64,000 nucleotides of DNA, from positions 9,837 through 73,836 of the forward strand of contig JAOAQY010000072.1 of NCBI GenBank assembly GCA_025210965.1, read 5' to 3'. The stretch is from Tissierellales bacterium (GTDB lineage: Bacteria > Bacillota > Clostridia > Tissierellales > JAOAQY01). How positions within the stretch are numbered: the first letter of the stretch is position 1; each line of letters opens with the position of its first letter. This document shows, piece after piece, positions 1 through 8,299 of the stretch. The position numbers and the translations under genes are program-made. The notes below the pieces were generated by a model. That model saw nothing but the letters and a program-made list of their open reading frames with translations, did not search any database and had not been told where the DNA came from.

Positions 1-71
1 TTTCTTTCATTATGGTAGTGTAAACTATTGCACTACCCAATTACAATTATTTAGACTCTAATAATTAGTCT

Positions 72-360
72 CAAAAACAAGAAAAACCAGCCATATGGCT
101 GGTTATATAGAAATTGCGTTCTTTTTTGCACAAATAAACAACAGATTGTAAATCTGCTTTCGAACACCTTCTCATCCTCGTGAGTTATAAACAGCGCTGT
201 TACCATTGGCAGGTCTCCTGACTCGAGCATAACAAATTTTTCCCTTCCCACACTTATGTGCAGTGGTTTTGAAAAATTCTATCTCCTACAGTGGCGGGAC
301 CGTACTGGACTTTGACCAGTTTCCCTTTTAAGTAAGTTCATCACAAACTCACACCAATAG
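72..360 (-). promoter_or_regulatory. Cobalamin (B12) riboswitch with intrinsic-terminator expression platform
   Basis: The minus-strand read gives the conserved core AAGGGAAACTGGTCAAAGTCCAGTACGGTCCCGCCACTGTA (B12 box GCCACTG) and the 3' element GAGTCAGGAGACCTGCCAAT. CTATTGG/CCAATGG can close P1 (aptamer about 203-360). A downstream hairpin AACCAGCC-ATAT-GGCTGGTT (85-104) is followed by a T-run on the minus strand. The regulated gene lies beyond position 1. Confidence 0.85.
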
Positions 361-512
361 TCTCCATATGGAGAATTTAAAATTCTCATTTTTATGACGA
401 ATTTATTGCAAAAAATGTTCTTTTGCAATATTTATTTCACTATCAAAATAAATATATCATCTCGAATTTTAAAAGTCAAGCGCAAAACTATCACTAGTAC
501 TTAATATTTATA

Positions 513-1628
513 TTATTTCTCAAGTAATTTTTTTATGCTCTCTGTTGCATCTAACAAAGGCGCTATTGATTTTTCTTGATTCAAATTGTAAATTATATGA
601 GCTAAGAATTTAGAAACATCTACTTCTTCAAACCATTCAGCTTCTTTAACTGAATCTGGAATATAAGTTAAGTTAGTCGAATAAACTTTATCTATAAGAC
701 CTTCTTTGTGATATCTCTCAAATTTCTCCACTCCTGATGTAAATAATGCAAAAGTCGTAGCAACTGTAATTTTAGCAGCTTTTCTTGCTTTTAATTCTTT
801 AGCTATATCAAAAACTGATTCGCCAGATGCAATCATATCATCGACAATTAATATATTCATACCTTCAACATCTTTACCAAGATATTCATGCTGAACTATA
901 GGGTTTTTACCATTTACTATTGTACTATGGTCTCTTCTCTTATAGAATAATCCGATATCTACACCCAATACGCTTGAATAATATATTGCTCTATCCATAG
1001 CTCCTGTATCAGGGCTTATCACCAACATTCTATCTTTATCGATATTTTTGTTTCCTTCTTTTTTCAAATATGTCTTCACTATCTCGTAAGTAGGATAAAT
1101 ATTGTCAAAAGAAATGAGTGGTACAGCATTTTGAACATTAGGGTCATGAACATCAAATGTAACAATGTCCTCTACGCCTAAACGTTCTAATTCTTGAAGA
1201 GCTAAAGAACAATCTAACGACTCTCTCCCCTTACGTCTATGTTGTCTTCCTGCGTAAATCATTGGCATTATGACAGTAACTCGACGTGCTCTTCCTCCAA
1301 TAGCTGATACCACTCTTTTTATATCCTGAAAATGTTCATCAGGTCCCATTCTGTTTTCAAAACCAAACATATTATATGTGCAACTATAATTCCCAACATC
1401 ACACAATATATATATATCCTTACCTCTAACTGTTTCTGATAGAACAATCTTACCTTCACCGTTTGAGAAACGAGTTTCTTTCGTTGAAATCAAATAAGAA
1501 TCCGTATCAGATTTACCTCTCTTAGCTTCTAAATGTTCGTTAATGCTCTCACCTAGTTTGCTAGCACTCTGTAGTGCTACAATGCCCAATTCGCCACACG
1601 GCATTGATTTTGAATTTTCACAGCCCAT
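513..1628 (-). CDS. prs: Ribose-phosphate pyrophosphokinase (PRPP synthetase), long form
   Basis: Motifs DVHDPNVQ and the PRPP-binding loop ILIVDDMIASGES. I moved the start to ATG 1628, preceded by AAGGAGG at about 8 nt; the ORF-track start at 1655 has no RBS. Product is 371 aa. Confidence 0.85.
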   Translation of the reverse strand: MGCENSKSMPCGELGIVALQSASKLGESINEHLEAKRGKSDTDSYLISTKETRFSNGEGKIVLSETVRGKDIYILCDVGNYSCTYNMFGFENRMGPDEHFQDIKRVVSAIGGRARRVTVIMPMIYAGRQHRRKGRESLDCSLALQELERLGVEDIVTFDVHDPNVQNAVPLISFDNIYPTYEIVKTYLKKEGNKNIDKDRMLVISPDTGAMDRAIYYSSVLGVDIGLFYKRRDHSTIVNGKNPIVQHEYLGKDVEGMNILIVDDMIASGESVFDIAKELKARKAAKITVATTFALFTSGVEKFERYHKEGLIDKVYSTNLTYIPDSVKEAEWFEEVDVSKFLAHIIYNLNQEKSIAPLLDATESIKKLLEK

Positions 1629-1823
1629 GAATAGTTCCTCCTTTATATTTCCCATTTCGAGTTTATAACTCTATACACTATCCTTCACTATTCTACTATT
1701 GTATACAACATTCTGCAAGTCTTTTTACCCATAAATTTATTCTTTTTTGTTCATTTTAAATACTTGCTTTTATCTTCGCTTACTTTTACAATTAAATAAA
1801 CAATATATTTAGGAGAGGATGCA

Positions 1824-3545
1824 ATGTGTAAATTAACCAAGTTGCTTATATCTACAATTATATTCAGTACATTAAGTATTTCAAATGTTTTAGCAACAGA
1901 CTCCATATCAATTTTTGATATTTCTGTTCCAAGCAATGTAACTATATCAGACAATTCAAATTTACTAGACACTACTAGTCTACAAGTCTCGACTCTGACA
2001 AGTGAAAATACTTACTATAAGTACATTGTCAAAAGTGAAAGACCAAGTGAAATGGATTGGAATAATGCCAAATTAGAACCATTTTACCGAACTTTGATTT
2101 TTACTCCCAAAAAAGATAACCAGTGGATAATGTTGATATCCAAAAACGAATCTAAAATATATGGTGTAAAGGGACGAAATACACTTCCTACTCAAAGCTT
2201 TCCCATAGATCCATGGGAATACACCTCTAAATTAGGCGCTGGATTTGATGTTACATGGACTCAGTTCAAATCCGGTATAGAATCTTTTTCCGAAACTCAA
2301 ATAGTTGCAATAAAAAAAGCAGGATTTAACCATGTAAGGCTCCGTTCTACTGCAGCAGCTACTGAATCTGACCTTTTTTCGTTTATGGACAAAACTGTAG
2401 AACTATGCCTAAGACACGATATATATCCTATAATCGCTAGAGGAGTAAAAGAAACAAAAGATGGAACTCTTTCTAAATCGCAGCTAGATGATTATGTAAA
2501 TTGGTGGTCTGCTGTCTCTGAACGCTATAGATATAAGTCTAACAAATTAGCATTTAATTTATTCATTGAAATTTCTGGCAAATCGAAGTTATCGGATTGG
2601 TCCATTCTAAATCCATTGTATGAAGAAATCACAAATTCCATAAGAACGTATAATCCAACTAGAAACATTATTTACGCTAGCACTCATGTTTCCAGCCCTC
2701 ATGAATTAGAGCATCTCATAGTACCAACATCTGCAGGAAATTACTATTTTGCAGAATGGCATAATTGGGCTGCTGGTCCTGGGAAAAGAAATGGCGACAA
2801 ACTATGGACTACTGGCACTGACATCGAAAAAGAGGCCATTCTTTCTGATATAAATGCAGCAAAAAATTGGTCTAAAATAAATAATAAACCAACTTGGGTA
2901 GGTGCATGGATGCCTGGATATTATAATTACAATGATAACGTAATATATTCCGAGCAAATATCTTTTTCAAAATTTTTGATACAATCATTAGAAAATGAAA
3001 AGATTCCGTATGCTGTAAACGCTTTTCCGTCTCATTATTACGACACAGAGATTAATCAATGGAAAATACAAAAATTACCATTGCTAGAAGTTTTAAATGG
3101 TGCAATTACAATGAATTTAGATGATATTGATGCTGATGGCATTACAAATATAAATGAGATGTCTCTAGGTACAAATCCAAAATATGCAGATACTGATTTT
3201 GACGGTATTTTAGATGGCGATGAATTAAAATACGGATTTAATCCTTTAAATTCATCAGATGGCATCGGAGATGCTGATGGTGATAGCATGAGCAATTCTA
3301 TAGAGATATACTATAATCTCAATCCACTTGATTCTACAGATCAATATCTTGACCCTGACGCTGATGGTCTAATAAACAGTTATGAAATCCTTATAAAGTC
3401 AAATCCTTGCAAATACGATAGTAGAAAAAGTGGAACTAGTGATTCGTTAGCTGATTTTGACAAAGACGGAATAAGTAATATAAAAGAATTAAAAAAAGGA
3501 ACCGATCCAAATATAAAAAACAATAAAAAGAAAAAGAAGAAATAA
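1824..3545 (+). CDS. Secreted GH5 (cellulase-family)-like protein with C-terminal bacterial thrombospondin type-3 Ca-binding repeats
   Basis: RBS AGGAGAGG (1811-1818). Signal peptide MCKLTKLLISTIIFSTLSISNVLA. GH5-like blocks GAGFDVTW, IKKAGFNHVRLR, FNLFIEISG and AEWHNW. C-terminal DxDxDG repeats and a lysine-rich tail. Confidence 0.6.
   Translation: MCKLTKLLISTIIFSTLSISNVLATDSISIFDISVPSNVTISDNSNLLDTTSLQVSTLTSENTYYKYIVKSERPSEMDWNNAKLEPFYRTLIFTPKKDNQWIMLISKNESKIYGVKGRNTLPTQSFPIDPWEYTSKLGAGFDVTWTQFKSGIESFSETQIVAIKKAGFNHVRLRSTAAATESDLFSFMDKTVELCLRHDIYPIIARGVKETKDGTLSKSQLDDYVNWWSAVSERYRYKSNKLAFNLFIEISGKSKLSDWSILNPLYEEITNSIRTYNPTRNIIYASTHVSSPHELEHLIVPTSAGNYYFAEWHNWAAGPGKRNGDKLWTTGTDIEKEAILSDINAAKNWSKINNKPTWVGAWMPGYYNYNDNVIYSEQISFSKFLIQSLENEKIPYAVNAFPSHYYDTEINQWKIQKLPLLEVLNGAITMNLDDIDADGITNINEMSLGTNPKYADTDFDGILDGDELKYGFNPLNSSDGIGDADGDSMSNSIEIYYNLNPLDSTDQYLDPDADGLINSYEILIKSNPCKYDSRKSGTSDSLADFDKDGISNIKELKKGTDPNIKNNKKKKKK
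3119..3512 (+). repeat. Coding repeats: 4-5 TSP3-like DxDxDGxxxxxE...(T/N)(N/D)P units inside the GH5-like gene
   Basis: Protein-level repeats: DADGITNINEMSLGTNP, DTDFDGILDGDELKYGFNP, DADGDSMSNSIEIYYNLNP, DPDADGLINSYEILIKSNP, DFDKDGISNIKELKKGTDP. Confidence 0.7.
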
Positions 3546-3550
3546 AAAAT

Positions 3551-3599
3551 AAGCTGTCTTAAACAGATAAATTAATCCATTTGAGACAGCTTGTTTTTT
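3551..3599. terminator. Bidirectional intrinsic terminator between convergent genes
   Basis: Stem AAGCTGTCT (3551-3559) pairs with AGACAGCTT (3584-3592). It is flanked by an A-run upstream and a T-run downstream. Confidence 0.6.
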
Positions 3600-3612
3600 A
3601 AATTCCAGGATA

Positions 3613-4470
3613 CTATCTAACTTCATCCACGAATTCAATAAAGCCTATTTTTCTAAAAAAATCTACTTCTTCTAGAGAAGGAATTTGTTTATTCACTATT
3701 GACTTTACTATATTTTCTTCAAATGGTATCTCTAAGGCTATATTTAGATTGTGCTCTAAACAATAATCGTTTATACCTTTTCGTCCACTATTTGATAAAT
3801 CCGATTTATTAATAACAACATATATCGGTAAATTAAATCTATTAATTAATCTATGCACTTTTTCTAAATCATGAAGTCCTGACAGTGTTGGTTCAATAAC
3901 TATTATAACCTTATCCGTCCCTGTTATAGATGAAATTACATTGCAAGCTATTCCAGGCGATCCATCAATTATTATATACTCAGCATTGGTTTTTTCAGCC
4001 AATAACTTAGCTTCTTTTCTAACTCTAGCAACCAACTTACCAGAAGTTTCTTCGCCAGGTATAAGCCTAGCATGCGCCATCGATCCATACTCAGTATCTC
4101 TTGTATAAAGATGTCCTACTACAGAATCTTTTAACTCAATTGCATTTACTGGACATACATACTCACAAACCCCACAGCCTTCACATTTGTCATAAATTAT
4201 ATCTATTTCTTCTGTAAATGCTTTAAATTTGCAGTGTTCTCTACATTTTCCGCATTTTATACACTTATCTTTATCGATGCTCGCACGTTTGAGTCCAATA
4301 AACTCTTCACTTGTTTTATTTTCTCCCGAAAAAAGTATCTTCAAATCAGGTGCATCAACATCGCAATCAGCTAGCACCACTGAATTCAAATACGGAACCA
4401 ACGATGCAACAAGTGTTGTTTTTCCAGTTCCACCCTTTCCAGAAATAACTACAATCTCTTTGGTTTTCAT
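3613..4470 (-). CDS. MinD/ParA-superfamily P-loop ATPase with inserted 2x[4Fe-4S] ferredoxin domain (COG1149-type)
   Basis: Deviant Walker A SGKGGTGKTT. Cysteine motifs CIKCGKCREHC and CEGCGVCEYVCP. Confidence 0.85.
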   Translation of the reverse strand: MKTKEIVVISGKGGTGKTTLVASLVPYLNSVVLADCDVDAPDLKILFSGENKTSEEFIGLKRASIDKDKCIKCGKCREHCKFKAFTEEIDIIYDKCEGCGVCEYVCPVNAIELKDSVVGHLYTRDTEYGSMAHARLIPGEETSGKLVARVRKEAKLLAEKTNAEYIIIDGSPGIACNVISSITGTDKVIIVIEPTLSGLHDLEKVHRLINRFNLPIYVVINKSDLSNSGRKGINDYCLEHNLNIALEIPFEENIVKSIVNKQIPSLEEVDFFRKIGFIEFVDEVR

Positions 4471-4473
4471 CGC

Positions 4474-5334
4474 CTATCTGTCCTCTCTTTTAAATTCAGC
4501 ACTAGTCCTATCTATAATGTTTTTTAGTAGCTCATCCATCATTTTTCGGTACTCATCCGATATTTCGCAAAGCAAAAATCCCTGAGCACTTTTTTCTGCA
4601 AAGTCTTTCCTAAAAGGAATCTCTTGCAATATATTAATACTCTCAGTTTTACAATATCTATAAATTTCGTCATCGCCAAGTCCAGCTTTATTTACTACCA
4701 CACCGAAATCAATATCCTTCTCGCGAAGCATCTCTACAACCATAGTCATATCACTAACTCCAAATGGTGTTGGTTCTGATACTATAATTGCAAAATCGAC
4801 ATCTTCTATAGCTGCTACTGTAGAACAAGATGTTCCTGGTGGAGAATCTATCCACACCATGTTTTCATCTTCAACATAATCTCTTAGCGTTTCTATAATA
4901 GTAACCCCAGAAACTTCTCCAACCTTCAAATCGCCATAAGCAAATTTAAACATCTTCGATACTTCTCCTAAATGAATTTTCCCAATTATTCTTTTTTCAT
5001 AGGAAATTGCACCTTTCGGACAAACTAATTCACAACCACCACAATCATGACACATTTCGTTAAATACTAAAACATCCTTTTTTGCTGGTAAAATAGCATT
5101 GTAATGACAAAATCGTCCACAATCGCCACACAAATCACATTTATCTAAATTCACCACCGGATGACTCTTATATACTGCTTTTTCTCGCATAGATTCTACG
5201 TTTAAAAACAAATGACCATTTGGTTCTTCAACATCTGTATCTATCAAAAAACCTCTACCATATACGCTAGCTAAATTTGTCGAAAGTGTCGTCTTTCCAG
5301 TTCCACCCTTTCCACTCAATACCGCTATTTTCAT
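4474..5334 (-). CDS. MinD/ParA-superfamily P-loop ATPase with inserted ferredoxin domain (second paralog)
   Basis: Walker A SGKGGTGKTT. Motifs CDLCGDCGRFC and CHDCGGCELVCP. Start set to ATG 5334, 7 nt after GAGAGG. Confidence 0.85.
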   Translation of the reverse strand: MKIAVLSGKGGTGKTTLSTNLASVYGRGFLIDTDVEEPNGHLFLNVESMREKAVYKSHPVVNLDKCDLCGDCGRFCHYNAILPAKKDVLVFNEMCHDCGGCELVCPKGAISYEKRIIGKIHLGEVSKMFKFAYGDLKVGEVSGVTIIETLRDYVEDENMVWIDSPPGTSCSTVAAIEDVDFAIIVSEPTPFGVSDMTMVVEMLREKDIDFGVVVNKAGLGDDEIYRYCKTESINILQEIPFRKDFAEKSAQGFLLCEISDEYRKMMDELLKNIIDRTSAEFKREDR

Positions 5335-5349
5335 CACTCTGCCTCTCAT

Positions 5350-5721
5350 CTAAGCTCGTCTAAGCCCATGATGCCCTTCATGAGTATTTTCTTTAAGTTC
5401 TTTCAAATTTCCTTCTTTAAAAGAATCAACTGCTTCTTGAACTGTACTAGGTATATTATATGAATACGCCTTTATATCGAATGCCTTCAATGCCGTCATT
5501 GCTTTTGGTCCTAATTCGGGTACTAGCGCTATCTCTACATTTTCTTCAGACAAAAGTCTAACCGCCATGTTTCCGGCTCCACTAGCTTCATTTTTTGCCT
5601 TATTCTCAATAGTTTTTACTAATTTACCATCTTCTACTATGACAAAATAATCTGTTCTACCAAATCGCTCTGACACCTTTGCATCTAATCCCATTGAATC
5701 TGAACTAATTCCTATTCTCAT
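5350..5721 (-). CDS. NifB/NifX/NafY-type (dinitrogenase FeMo-cofactor-binding fold, COG1433) small protein
   Basis: MRIGISSD...ERFGRTDYFVIV...GAGNMAV pattern typical of this fold. His-rich C-terminus HEGHHG. Start set at ATG 5721 after GGAGG. Confidence 0.7.
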   Translation of the reverse strand: MRIGISSDSMGLDAKVSERFGRTDYFVIVEDGKLVKTIENKAKNEASGAGNMAVRLLSEENVEIALVPELGPKAMTALKAFDIKAYSYNIPSTVQEAVDSFKEGNLKELKENTHEGHHGLRRA

Positions 5722-5744
5722 ATCAATTCCTCCAATCAACTCTA

Positions 5745-6116
5745 TTAGTGACAATCATGTCCGTCTTCATGATTATGATCGCATGGAGTTCCTTTAGAAC
5801 TCAAATCACCTTTTAAAAATTCACTTAAGTTTGATTCAATAGTTCCATTAGCTCCTAAAATAACATCTATATCTTGTTCTTTAAAAAGTCTAATCGCCAT
5901 AGCTCCCATTCCACCAGTTATTATTGTAGTTGCCTTTTGTTCTCCTAAGAATCTAGGCATAACACCTGGGGCATGCTCTGGGGCATTAACAAATTCTGTA
6001 TTCACTATATCTTTATCTTCAACTGTATAAATTGCAAAATATCTGCAATGTCCAAAATGCTCATCTACCGTATTTTTATCTGTTGTTGGAAATGCTATTC
6101 TCATTGTTTTTGACAT
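5745..6116 (-). CDS. NifB/NifX/NafY-type small protein (second paralog) with Cys/His-rich tail
   Basis: MRIAFPTTD...VDEHFGHCRYFAIY...ITGGMGAMA. C-terminal CDHNHEDGHDCH. The start is ambiguous among three ATGs (6122, 6116, 6104); the RBS AAGGAGA favours 6116. Confidence 0.7.
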   Translation of the reverse strand: MSKTMRIAFPTTDKNTVDEHFGHCRYFAIYTVEDKDIVNTEFVNAPEHAPGVMPRFLGEQKATTIITGGMGAMAIRLFKEQDIDVILGANGTIESNLSEFLKGDLSSKGTPCDHNHEDGHDCH

Positions 6117-6162
6117 TTTCATTCTCCTTTCAAATCACCATTATAGGCATATGCTCATTTAA

Positions 6163-6191
6163 ATTCTATTCCTCTTTTTCAATAATGTCAA
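6163..6191 (-). promoter_or_regulatory. Sigma-A-type promoter for the NifX/MinD-like operon
   Basis: The minus strand reads TTGACA (6186-6191), a 17-nt spacer, then TAGAAT (6163-6168), about 45 nt upstream of the start codon. Confidence 0.55.
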
Positions 6192-6205
6192 GTTTAATTT
6201 TGTTG

Positions 6206-6232
6206 TTAGCCACCTAGCTCAAAGAGTGCTAA
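6206..6232. promoter_or_regulatory. CIRCE-like inverted repeat (possible HrcA operator)
   Basis: TTAGCCACC-N9-GAGTGCTAA compared with consensus TTAGCACTC-N9-GAGTGCTAA. One half is perfect and the other has 3 mismatches. It lies between the two divergent -35 boxes. Confidence 0.4.
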
Positions 6233-6239
6233 TTTTTTA

Positions 6240-6268
6240 TTGACAAAATAATTTACTAAAGTTATCAT
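6240..6268 (+). promoter_or_regulatory. Sigma-A-type promoter for htpG
   Basis: TTGACA (6240-6245), 17-nt spacer, TATCAT (6263-6268). Confidence 0.6.
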
Positions 6269-6281
6269 AATAATTAGATAG

Positions 6282-6301
6282 AAATTAGATATATCTAATT
6301 T
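6282..6301. promoter_or_regulatory. Perfect 20-bp palindrome (candidate operator) in the htpG 5' leader
   Basis: AAATTAGATA|TATCTAATTT is perfectly self-complementary. An extra half-site copy TAATTAGATA lies at 6271-6280. The palindrome sits between the -10 box and the RBS AGGAGG. Confidence 0.5.
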
Positions 6302-6333
6302 ATTGTTTAAATTTACTATTAGGAGGTTTTTTT

Positions 6334-8205
6334 ATGACAATAGAAAAAGGAAATTTATCCATCCATAGCGAAAATATATTCCCAATTATAAAGAAATGGT
6401 TATATTCAGACCACGACATTTTCATGCGTGAACTTATATCAAACGCTTGTGACGCTATAACCAAAGTAAAAAGATTAAGCAGTTTAGGCGAGACAGATCT
6501 AGGCGATAATGATAAATTTGAAATAAAAGTCGTACTCGATGCTGAAAATAAAACATTAAAATTTATAGATAACGGTATCGGTATGACAGATGAGGAGATA
6601 AAGAAATATATAAATCAAATTGCCTTTTCAGGTGCTGAAGATTTTTTTAAAACTTACAAAGATAAAGGCGAAAACGAGCAAATAATAGGTCACTTTGGTC
6701 TAGGTTTCTATTCTGCTTTCATGGTTGCTGACCACGTTCAAATAGAAACATTATCTCACAAAGATGGATCTAAAGCAGTTAAGTGGTTCTGTGACGGTGG
6801 TACAGAATTTGAACTAGATGAGTCTTCGAAAACAGATAGGGGAACCGAGATAACTTTATTTATTGGAGATGAAGGTAAGGATTTCTTAAATGAATGGACT
6901 GTGAAATCTACTATAGAAAAATACTGTTCTTTTATGCCTTATCCTATCTATGTAGAAGTATTAGGAAAAGAACCTGAAAAAGACGAAGAAGGAAATGTAA
7001 TAATTACAGAGCCCGTTTCACTAAACGATACTACTCCTCTTTATGCAAAACATCCAAGCCAGTGTACAGAAGATGAATATAAGGAATTTTATAGAAAAAC
7101 ATTTAAAGATTTTAAAGAACCAATGTTTTGGATACACTTAAATATGGACTATCCTTTCAATCTCAAAGGTATATTATATTTTCCAAAATTAAATAATAAT
7201 TTTGACACTCTAGAAGGCGAAGTAAAGCTATACAATAGCCAAGTTTTTGTTGCTGACAATATAAAAGAAGTAATTCCAGAATTCTTATTACTTCTAAAAG
7301 GTGTTATAGATTGCCCTGATTTACCACTAAACGTCTCTAGAAGTTTCCTACAAAACGATGGATTTGTTAAGAAAACTTCTGATTACATCACCAAAAAAGT
7401 TGCTGACAAATTAAAAGCTCTATATAACACACAGCGAGAAAGCTATGAAAATTATTGGGATGACTTGAATCCATTTGTAAAATTTGGAACTCTCAAAAAC
7501 GAAAAATTTGCAGAAGCTGTAAAAGACTTTATACTATACAAGACTACTAATGGCAAATACTTAACCATACCAGAATATAAGGAACTTCATGAAAATAAAT
7601 TAGACAATGAAGTTTACTATACTACAGATGAACTTCAGCAATCACAATATATCAATCTTTTAGAATCTAATGATATAAGCCCAGTTCTATTGACTCATCC
7701 AATTGACTCTGCTTTTATATCTCACATAGAATCTCAAAATTCTGATTTGAAATTTAAGCGAGTAGACTCTGACTTGTCAGATTTACTAACTGAAAAAGAT
7801 TCTGATGAAGAAAAAACAAAAAACTCTTCTGAAAAACTACAAAATTTCTTTAGAAATGCTCTCAAATTAGAAAATTTGAACATTGAGCTAAAAAGTTTAA
7901 AAAATGAAGACATCTCGGGTATGATATTATTATCAGAGTCAAACCGCCGCATGCAGGATATGATGAAAATGTATTCTATGCCTGGTATGGATATGAATGG
8001 TTCTTTCCCTAGTGAAGAAACGCTAGTATTGAATCAAAAACATCCTCTTGTAAAATACACATTAGAAAATGATGAAGATGATACTAGTAGATTAATTGCA
8101 AAACAGATTTATGATTTAGCTATGATTAGTCATAAACCACTTTCAAGTGATGCCATGGCCGAATTTGTAAAACGCAGCAATCAAATCATGACTAAACTAA
8201 TATAG
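6334..8205 (+). CDS. htpG: Molecular chaperone HtpG (Hsp90)
   Basis: GHKL ATPase motifs ELISNACDA, DNGIGMT and GHFGLGFYSAF. Full length of 623 aa. Strong RBS. Confidence 0.95.
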   Translation: MTIEKGNLSIHSENIFPIIKKWLYSDHDIFMRELISNACDAITKVKRLSSLGETDLGDNDKFEIKVVLDAENKTLKFIDNGIGMTDEEIKKYINQIAFSGAEDFFKTYKDKGENEQIIGHFGLGFYSAFMVADHVQIETLSHKDGSKAVKWFCDGGTEFELDESSKTDRGTEITLFIGDEGKDFLNEWTVKSTIEKYCSFMPYPIYVEVLGKEPEKDEEGNVIITEPVSLNDTTPLYAKHPSQCTEDEYKEFYRKTFKDFKEPMFWIHLNMDYPFNLKGILYFPKLNNNFDTLEGEVKLYNSQVFVADNIKEVIPEFLLLLKGVIDCPDLPLNVSRSFLQNDGFVKKTSDYITKKVADKLKALYNTQRESYENYWDDLNPFVKFGTLKNEKFAEAVKDFILYKTTNGKYLTIPEYKELHENKLDNEVYYTTDELQQSQYINLLESNDISPVLLTHPIDSAFISHIESQNSDLKFKRVDSDLSDLLTEKDSDEEKTKNSSEKLQNFFRNALKLENLNIELKSLKNEDISGMILLSESNRRMQDMMKMYSMPGMDMNGSFPSEETLVLNQKHPLVKYTLENDEDDTSRLIAKQIYDLAMISHKPLSSDAMAEFVKRSNQIMTKLI

Positions 8206-8212
8206 TAAGATT

Positions 8213-8275
8213 AAAAAAGGGACTCAAATTGAAATTTCACATTAACTGAAACTTCAATTTTGAGCCCTCTTTTTA
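8213..8275. terminator. Bidirectional intrinsic terminator (htpG / cas6-like convergent pair)
   Basis: Long imperfect hairpin AGGG(A)CTCAAATTGAA...TTCAA(T)TTTGAGCCCT, with an A-run on the 5' side and a T-run on the 3' side. Confidence 0.75.
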
Positions 8276-8299
8276 ATTAAAATCTAAAAACTCTATTCT

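Noticed and set aside
1-50. ATGAAAGAAA on the minus strand ending at position 10, as the possible start of the riboswitch-controlled gene
   Set aside because: No Shine-Dalgarno sequence precedes it, only a small GGTAGTG/CACTACC hairpin. Too little sequence is visible to call a CDS.
51-251. 66-aa minus-strand ORF from the track
   Set aside because: It lies entirely inside the cobalamin riboswitch and its terminator. It has no RBS, and its sequence is explained by conserved RNA motifs.
513-1655. The unusual length of Prs (371 aa versus about 315 aa for classical class I enzymes) as a sign of a novel fusion
   Set aside because: All PRPP-synthetase motifs are collinear. The extra length appears to come from internal loops and a short N-terminal extension. 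I cannot show anything beyond a long-form paralog without an alignment.
3119-3512. The Ca-binding repeats interpreted as dockerin modules (a cellulosome component)
   Set aside because: The repeats follow the DxDxDG...E...(T/N)(N/D)P pattern of bacterial thrombospondin type-3 repeats in four or five copies. A dockerin has a paired 22-residue F-hand duplication. No cohesin or scaffoldin context is present.
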